From positions 64,009 through 128,008 of the forward strand of contig DBYN01000004.1 in NCBI GenBank assembly GCA_002310415.1: 64,000 nucleotides of DNA. The letters are read 5' to 3'. The translations under genes were made by a program, and so were the position numbers. Positions 58,066-64,000 of the stretch are shown here, one piece after another. The DNA comes from Alphaproteobacteria bacterium UBA1185 (lineage in GTDB: Bacteria; Pseudomonadota; Alphaproteobacteria; Rs-D84). A model generated the notes under the pieces. It had not been told where the DNA came from. It ran no database searches and worked only from the letters and a program-made list of their open reading frames with translations. Each line of letters begins with the position of its first letter. Position 1 is the first letter of the stretch.

Positions 58066-58944
58066 TTAATCTTCCCCAAAATCCATATCGCGTAATTTTT
58101 CTGCGCGTGGTGTGATTTTTTCGACAGATGTTTTGATTTGTTCTATGTCAGATGTTGTTTGCAAGAAATGTTTTTGCAGGTTTTCCGATCTGTCATTTAA
58201 TCGGTTTAAATCCGTCAATAATAAATCTAATTCACGTTTTATTTTGCCGGCTACGCGTTTGATTTTTATGTCTGATAATACCGCACGAATTGTGTTCAAT
58301 GTTGCCCATAATGTTGCGGGTGATACAATAAACACTTTCTTGCGTGCTGCATATTCGATTGTGTCTGGAAATTCGCTGTGTAATTCTTCAAATATAGATT
58401 CAGATGCAATAAACATCATCGCAGATTCAGCGGTTACACCCGCAATTATGTATTTTTCAGCAATTGCATCTATGTGTTTTCGAACGTCCAGTTCAAATTG
58501 TTTCCTGTAACCAGCATTTTCTTTGTTCGATAAAATGCGATTGTAACTTTCCAATGGAAATTTGCTGTCTATTATCATATCGCCGGGCGGGTATGGTAAA
58601 CGAATAACGCAATCTGGGCGAACACCAGTCGATAAAACACTTTGAAAAGCGTAACTTTCGGGTGGCATAATATCTGCAACCAAATCTTCCAGTTGTCTTT
58701 CACCAAAAGAACCACGAGCCTGTTTATTTCCCATCAAAATATCTTTGAAATTCGCGATATCGGAACTTATGTTTTTTAACTCGATTGCATTTTGGGATAA
58801 CATTCCCAATCTTTCAGACAATCTTTCGCGCAGTCTGGTATTATCTTCGTGCAGGCTGGATATATCAAAAGTTTGTTTGCGGAATATCAATACTAATAAT
58901 AAAACCACAATTAAGCCCAACAATAATAAAATATAAGTTGTCAT
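58066..58944 (-). CDS. rmuC: DNA recombination protein RmuC
   Basis: N-terminal TM segment plus coiled coil, and an RmuC-type core (RPDCVIRLPYPPGDMIIDSKFPL). Confidence 0.85.
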   Translation of the reverse strand: MTTYILLLLGLIVVLLLVLIFRKQTFDISSLHEDNTRLRERLSERLGMLSQNAIELKNISSDIANFKDILMGNKQARGSFGERQLEDLVADIMPPESYAFQSVLSTGVRPDCVIRLPYPPGDMIIDSKFPLESYNRILSNKENAGYRKQFELDVRKHIDAIAEKYIIAGVTAESAMMFIASESIFEELHSEFPDTIEYAARKKVFIVSPATLWATLNTIRAVLSDIKIKRVAGKIKRELDLLLTDLNRLNDRSENLQKHFLQTTSDIEQIKTSVEKITPRAEKLRDMDFGED

Positions 58945-58997
58945 TTGAAAATCCTTTGCTACAATTCAAATGTAATGATTATAAAAAGGTTTTATAA

Positions 58998-59498
58998 ATG
59001 TTGCAAATGAAACTTTGTGGCGATTTGATTTTGCGTGAAAAATGCGAACCTGTATCTGAAATTACGTCGGATATTTTAAACACTATGGATGAGATGGTGA
59101 AAATGATGTCTGAACAGAACGGGGTGGGGTTGGCTGCGCCACAAATTGGTGTTACAAAACGTTTTTTAATTATGATGGATCCAGATACAAATACGATTTA
59201 CCGCATGATAAATCCCAAAATCATATCTAAAAGTGAAAAAACTTGTGTTATGGAAGAGGGCTGTTTGTCCGTTTTGGGTGCAGATGGTCTTCCTGTATAT
59301 GCTCATGTTCAAAGACCAGAATCTATAGAGATAGAATGGACAGATGAAAATGGTAAATTGTTACATGCAAAAATGTCTGGTGTGCCTGCACGCATAGCGC
59401 AACATGAAACAGACCATTTGGACGGTATTTTATTCATAGATTATTTATCTGGTACAAAACGTGAAATGTTAATGCGTAAAGTAAACAGGAAACACTAA
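58998..59498 (+). CDS. def: Peptide deformylase
   Basis: Motifs GVGLAAPQIG, EGCLS and QHETDHLDG. Confidence 0.93.
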   Translation: MLQMKLCGDLILREKCEPVSEITSDILNTMDEMVKMMSEQNGVGLAAPQIGVTKRFLIMMDPDTNTIYRMINPKIISKSEKTCVMEEGCLSVLGADGLPVYAHVQRPESIEIEWTDENGKLLHAKMSGVPARIAQHETDHLDGILFIDYLSGTKREMLMRKVNRKH

Positions 59499-60310
59499 TG
59501 AAATTAATTTTAATGGGAACAAATGATTTTGTTGTTCCTGTATTTGATAGTTTGGCAAATAAACACGATATTATCGGTGTTTTTACGCGTGCACCAAAAC
59601 CAATGGGGCGTAAACACATTTTAACCCCTTCGCCGGTTCATGTTTGGGCAACAAATCGCGGGTTAATCGTTCATACATCTATCAAAGAATTTGATTCCGT
59701 TACTGAAAAACCGGATGCAATAATTGTTATGTCTTATGGTGTTATATTGCGTGAAAATGTTTTAAATACTGCTAAATGTATAAATATTCATCCAAGTGCT
59801 TTACCTAAATATCGTGGTCCATCGCCAATCAGGACGGCAATATTAAACGGTGATACAAATATTGATGTATGTTTAATGAATATGGTTGCCGAAATGGATG
59901 CTGGCGATGTTTATATGCGTAAAAATATTGCGCTGGATGTAAATGATACAAATGCAATTGTTGAAGCCAAAGTATCAAATGTCGCAATTGATATGTTAAA
60001 TAAATATTTATCAAACTCAGATATTTTTCATGCGGTACCACAAAATGGAACACCAACATTTACTAAAAAATTTACTGGTGATGACGAAATCATAGATTGG
60101 CATAAATCACCAATTCAGATTCATAATCAAATACGTGCGTTGGGGTGTGGGCGAACAAAAATCAATGGCATCGATGTCAAGATTTTAGAAACACGTTTTG
60201 AAAATAACGAAGTGAAAATTGTTAAAATTCAGCCCGCTGGTAAAAATGCTATGGATTGGAAAAGTTTTGTAAACGGTTTGCATGGTGCAGAAATAAAATA
60301 TGGAATTTAA
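59498..60310 (+). CDS. fmt: Methionyl-tRNA formyltransferase (short, 270 aa)
   Basis: Motif NIHPSALPKYRGPSPI. The start overlaps the def stop (TAATG). Confidence 0.88.
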   Translation: MKLILMGTNDFVVPVFDSLANKHDIIGVFTRAPKPMGRKHILTPSPVHVWATNRGLIVHTSIKEFDSVTEKPDAIIVMSYGVILRENVLNTAKCINIHPSALPKYRGPSPIRTAILNGDTNIDVCLMNMVAEMDAGDVYMRKNIALDVNDTNAIVEAKVSNVAIDMLNKYLSNSDIFHAVPQNGTPTFTKKFTGDDEIIDWHKSPIQIHNQIRALGCGRTKINGIDVKILETRFENNEVKIVKIQPAGKNAMDWKSFVNGLHGAEIKYGI

Positions 60311-60315
60311 GTTGC

Positions 60316-61074
60316 ATGACACGATATAAAATAGAAGTTGAATATGATGGAACTGATTTAATTGGCTGGCAGGAAAATCGCCAAGGTCCATCCGTTCAAT
60401 CATTATTACAAAATGCAATCAAAGAATTTTGTGGCGAACAAACGACAGTGTTTTCTGCGGGGCGTACAGATGCAGGGGTGCATGCGATTGCTATGCCGGC
60501 TCATTTTGATTTGGAACGCGATTGGGATTGTGACACAGTTATGCGTGCAATAAATTTTTATTTGGTAAATAAACCTGTTTCTGTGTTGAATTGCGTAAAA
60601 GTTCCTGACGATTTTCATGCACGCTTTAATTGTGTTCAACGATTATATAAATACGTTATTATAAACCGTTCGTCGCCAATTGTATTAAATAAAAATCGTG
60701 CCTGGTGGGTGCCACAAAAATTAGACATTGATTTAATGCGCCTTCAATCACAAAAGTTAATTGGTAAACATGATTTTACTTCGTTTCGTGCTGCACAGTG
60801 TCAGGCTAAAAGCCCGATAAAAACACTAGATTCTTGCATAATTACGCAAAATGGCGATGAAATAATTTTTGAATTTGCTGCACGTTCTTTTTTGCATCAT
60901 CAAGTTCGTAATATGGTTGGAACATTGGTTGATATTGGATTAGGTAAACCGTATTTCATAGATGAAATCCTTGCAGAAAAAAAACGTGGGGCTGCTGGTG
61001 TAAATGCGCCAGCGTGTGGATTATATTTTGTCAAAGGTATTTATGCCACAGACGATGATTTGAAATCTTTGTAA
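60316..61074 (+). CDS. truA: tRNA pseudouridine synthase A
   Basis: MTRYKIEVEYDGTDLIGWQ and catalytic GRTDAGVHA. The ATG at 60316 was chosen over the upstream ATG at 60256, which overlaps the fmt 3' end. Confidence 0.92.
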   Translation: MTRYKIEVEYDGTDLIGWQENRQGPSVQSLLQNAIKEFCGEQTTVFSAGRTDAGVHAIAMPAHFDLERDWDCDTVMRAINFYLVNKPVSVLNCVKVPDDFHARFNCVQRLYKYVIINRSSPIVLNKNRAWWVPQKLDIDLMRLQSQKLIGKHDFTSFRAAQCQAKSPIKTLDSCIITQNGDEIIFEFAARSFLHHQVRNMVGTLVDIGLGKPYFIDEILAEKKRGAAGVNAPACGLYFVKGIYATDDDLKSL

Positions 61075-62992
61075 TCTTGCCAGAAGGATAAATAACCAGC
61101 CCACCATTTAAAATTTTTGCATGACATTTTGGGGCCTTGGTTTCTGTTGGTGTAACTATAAAGTCTATTGATTTATCACGACAGGCTTCGTTGATATTAT
61201 CTAAGACAGTTTTTATTGTTTGCATATAAACTAATTTCCAATTTGATGTGTTGTATATGCATAATCCTTTGTTGCATTTTTTGCGATTAATTTTATCACT
61301 TGGTTGTTCATTATTAAGTGTTTGCCACGATGGAAAAGCAAAGAAGTGTTTTGACGATTTAGATTTATTAAAATGTAATTTATCATTTTCAACAAAACCA
61401 ACCAATTCATTATCGTATGTAGAATAAAACAAAGGTCTGTCTTGATTTGTTTGGATAAATACAGCGCAGATTATGAACACAAATCCAATAACATAATTTA
61501 TATTTCTTTTAAAATAATTTTCAGACTTTGGTTTGACGATCAGTATGATACACAGCAACCCAATAACAGACAAAATCAAGACAGTATTAGACATACTGTC
61601 GATTGTTATATTAGCATACGGAAAATTAGCAATATTTTTTGCTATGTTCAATGCAAAATTATAAATATTATTTGTTATATCTAAAATATAATGATTTCCA
61701 CATAATGCAAAAACAGTTCCAATTATTACTAATGGCATAATCAGTAACGAAAATATCGGTAAAATGATAATGTTACCGATAACTGTGTATACGGGAATAT
61801 AACCAAAGTGTGCAATTACAAATGGTAGTGTAAAAATGCCTGCAACAATCGCGATAAGTAATGTTATGCAAATAGTGTGCCAAATACGTTTGAACAAATT
61901 TCTTTTATGATATTCTTTGTTATCAAATAACCAAAGTAATCCAAATACTGCGGCAAAAGACAATTGAAAGCCCGCATGCATAACATAAAATGGATTGATT
62001 AAGAATATTAGTAAAAATATCATCGCTGCATTACGCAAAGATAATATATTGCGATTAAATATGCACGCAATACAAATCAAAGTGGTCATTAAAAACGCAC
62101 GCAGTGTTGCAACACCAAATCCAGAAATCCCAATATAACACAATAATCCCAACCATGTGCAAATAATCGCAGGATATTTTGCCGGAATTCTTTTTGTAAT
62201 CGGCGATATACATCTGAATAATAAATAAAACAAAGTGAATAACCAGCCACCAACTAATGCAATATGAAAACCACTGATTGACCATACATGACCAATACCA
62301 ATTGATTGCCAAATATTAAGTTCTGATTTTGGGATTGTTTTCTTGTAACCTAAAACTAATGCATCGGTTAAAACAGAGTTCGCCTTGTTATGAATATTAA
62401 CCCGTGTATTTATAATATAGTGATTTTGCGGACTGATGTCATAATCTTTGAAAAATCCTGTGCCAGATAAATGGGTAAAATATGCCCATCGTGCAAAATC
62501 AAAAGAATCTGGGGCATATGCGGGTGATGGATGAAATAATATTGCATTTCCAGATATTTTATCGTTGATATTTGGTATATCTTGGTTGTTTCCTAATGTT
62601 ATGCGTACATTTGTATAATTATTAAGTGGCAATTTAGCATTTATTTGATTAGCGGGTATTTTTATTAAAACACGTGTCGATTCATTTGAAAAATCCAAAT
62701 CTTTGATAATACCAGAAATATTATAAGATTTTGATAAAGTGTTTATTTGTGGTGTGTTTATTATTTGACTAAAAGACATCGTATAAAAGAAACCAAATAA
62801 AAACAAAGCCACCGCCGTCAAAATAATACTTTTATGCTTGTATATTATCAGCCCCAACAAAACAGTAATCAGAATCGGAAACTGAAAACCTGGTTCACTG
62901 TGTAATGAAAAATACAACGCGCCACCAAAAGCCACAATAAATGGTGACCATAAAAATAAGTTCTTGCGTTGGTTTTCTAAGAATTCTTTCAT
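61031..62992 (-). CDS. comEC: ComEC/Rec2-family competence membrane protein (no metallo-beta-lactamase domain seen)
   Basis: Polytopic membrane protein with GHVWSISGFHIALVGG. ATG at 62992 (MKEFLENQRKNLFLWSPF). I see no HxHxDH motif in the C-terminal part. Confidence 0.85.
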   Translation of the reverse strand: MKEFLENQRKNLFLWSPFIVAFGGALYFSLHSEPGFQFPILITVLLGLIIYKHKSIILTAVALFLFGFFYTMSFSQIINTPQINTLSKSYNISGIIKDLDFSNESTRVLIKIPANQINAKLPLNNYTNVRITLGNNQDIPNINDKISGNAILFHPSPAYAPDSFDFARWAYFTHLSGTGFFKDYDISPQNHYIINTRVNIHNKANSVLTDALVLGYKKTIPKSELNIWQSIGIGHVWSISGFHIALVGGWLFTLFYLLFRCISPITKRIPAKYPAIICTWLGLLCYIGISGFGVATLRAFLMTTLICIACIFNRNILSLRNAAMIFLLIFLINPFYVMHAGFQLSFAAVFGLLWLFDNKEYHKRNLFKRIWHTICITLLIAIVAGIFTLPFVIAHFGYIPVYTVIGNIIILPIFSLLIMPLVIIGTVFALCGNHYILDITNNIYNFALNIAKNIANFPYANITIDSMSNTVLILSVIGLLCIILIVKPKSENYFKRNINYVIGFVFIICAVFIQTNQDRPLFYSTYDNELVGFVENDKLHFNKSKSSKHFFAFPSWQTLNNEQPSDKINRKKCNKGLCIYNTSNWKLVYMQTIKTVLDNINEACRDKSIDFIVTPTETKAPKCHAKILNGGLVIYPSGKITKISNHRLWHKYL

Positions 62993-63070
62993 ATGTGAAT
63001 TATAGGATTTTATTTGCTTGCACCGCAACCAATATTTTTCTAATATAACCAAAACCAAGGAGAAAAAACT

Positions 63071-64000
63071 ATGTCCAAATATATCTTTGTCACCGGTGGG
63101 GTTGTATCCAGTTTAGGCAAGGGCGTTTCAGCGGCATCGTTGGGCGCCCTTCTTCAATCGCGGGGGTATTCCGTTCACGTTCGTAAATTTGACCCGTATT
63201 TAAATGTTGATCCCGGCACTATGTCGCCATTACAACATGGGGAAGTTTATGTTACAAACGATGGTTTTGAAACAGACCTTGATTTGGGTTATTACGAAAG
63301 ATTTTTGGGTGTCAAATTATCAAGAACAGATTCTGTTTCTGGTGGTCGTATTTATTGGGATGTGTTGAATGCAGAAAGACATGGCGATTATTTGGGCGCA
63401 ACTGTTCAGTTGATTCCACATGTATCTAATAAAATCAAAGAATATATCGGTCGTCCGACAGATACTGATTTCGTGATTTGTGAAATAGGTGGAACAGTTG
63501 GCGATATCGAAGGCAAAATCTTTCTTGAATCTATTCGTCAATTTGCAAACGATGTAGGGCGGCGAAATGTTATGTTTGCGCATTTAACCTTGGCGCCATA
63601 TTTGGAACAAAGCGGTGAATTAAAAACAAAACCGACACAAATGTCTGTGCGAAGATTGCTTGAAAATGGGATTCAGGCTGATGTTTTATTTGTCCGGTCT
63701 CCGCGTATGCTGACCCCAGATGAACAGGCAAAAATTGGTATGTTCTGTAATTTACCAGCAAAAAATGTTATAACCAGTATGAACGTTGATAACATTTATA
63801 AAATTCCATTGGTTTACGAAGAACAGCATGTATTTGATATAATGGCTGAACATTTTGATTTGCCAATAGCAAATGGCGATATGTCAAAATTTCATAAAAT
63901 AGAAGACTATCTGAACGCAGATTTGCCAACATGCACAATCGGTATGGTTGGAAAATATTTTGATGTGCCAGATGCTTATAAATCTTTGAACGAAGCATTA
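63071..64000 (+). CDS. pyrG: CTP synthase, 3' end cut by window edge
   Basis: MSKYIFVTGGVVSSLGKGVSAASLGALL follows SD AAGGAG. The frame is open to base 64000. It is absent from the ORF track because no stop lies in the window. Confidence 0.93.
   Translation, partial: MSKYIFVTGGVVSSLGKGVSAASLGALLQSRGYSVHVRKFDPYLNVDPGTMSPLQHGEVYVTNDGFETDLDLGYYERFLGVKLSRTDSVSGGRIYWDVLNAERHGDYLGATVQLIPHVSNKIKEYIGRPTDTDFVICEIGGTVGDIEGKIFLESIRQFANDVGRRNVMFAHLTLAPYLEQSGELKTKPTQMSVRRLLENGIQADVLFVRSPRMLTPDEQAKIGMFCNLPAKNVITSMNVDNIYKIPLVYEEQHVFDIMAEHFDLPIANGDMSKFHKIEDYLNADLPTCTIGMVGKYFDVPDAYKSLNEAL

Noticed and set aside
63320-63998. Minus-strand ORFs 63320..63583, 63570..63761 and 63768..63998
   Set aside because: They lie antisense to the clearly recognisable pyrG reading frame, which is open from 63071 to the window end.
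1-64000. Alternative genetic code (TGA read as a sense codon), considered because of the AT richness and the reduced-genome look
   Set aside because: All conserved genes translate to full length under the standard code, Trp positions are TGG, and prfA ends with a TGA stop at 11284-11286.

Overview
This is an AT-rich chromosomal window from a diderm bacterium, judged from several beta-barrel outer-membrane proteins that end in a C-terminal Phe. It uses the standard genetic code: stops are mostly TAA, and prfA ends in TGA. I call about 58 protein genes and 2 tRNAs. I recognise no rRNA, CRISPR array, transposase, integrase or invertase gene. The backbone is housekeeping: rpiB (5' truncated), leuS, hisS-prfA-aroK-mscL (tightly abutting or overlapping junctions), tkt, rnhA, rlmE, uvrA, rodZ-like, dus, ftsB-like, tspO, comM/yifB, lepB-rnc, secG, tyrS, rpsB-tsf, pth, polA, rmuC, def-fmt-truA, comEC and pyrG (3' truncated). 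The accessory content includes two ankyrin-repeat proteins, an S1 protease with duplicated Cys/Trp-rich modules, and an S8 autotransporter next to outer-membrane genes. It also includes large Cys-rich secreted proteins and an orphan gene block (about 34.0-38.8 kb) next to tRNA-Arg. Headline finding: two paralogous giant secreted-protein genes (5890-9669 and 54791-57691, both on the minus strand) share near-identical 5' and 3' ends but have unrelated repeat-rich middles. Each is preceded by the same 162-bp element, a 132-bp core flanked by 15-bp inverted repeats (AAGGTACCTTTAATT). The core sits in opposite orientation at the two loci (126/132 identical after reverse-complementing), while both flanks stay co-linear. 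This is the signature of a recombinase-driven invertible promoter switch acting on at least two loci. No invertase is encoded in the window. Secondary findings are a stand-alone SRP54/Ffh M-domain protein, an aspartokinase without ACT domains, and a tRNA-Leu with anticodon AAG. There is also a 23-nt duplicate of the tRNA-Arg 3' end, a seven-repeat orphan protein, and a long gene-free region with a three-copy 19-20-nt motif that includes a perfect 20-bp palindrome. The ORF track accepts TTG/GTG as starts, so several starts were re-set to downstream ATGs with Shine-Dalgarno support.
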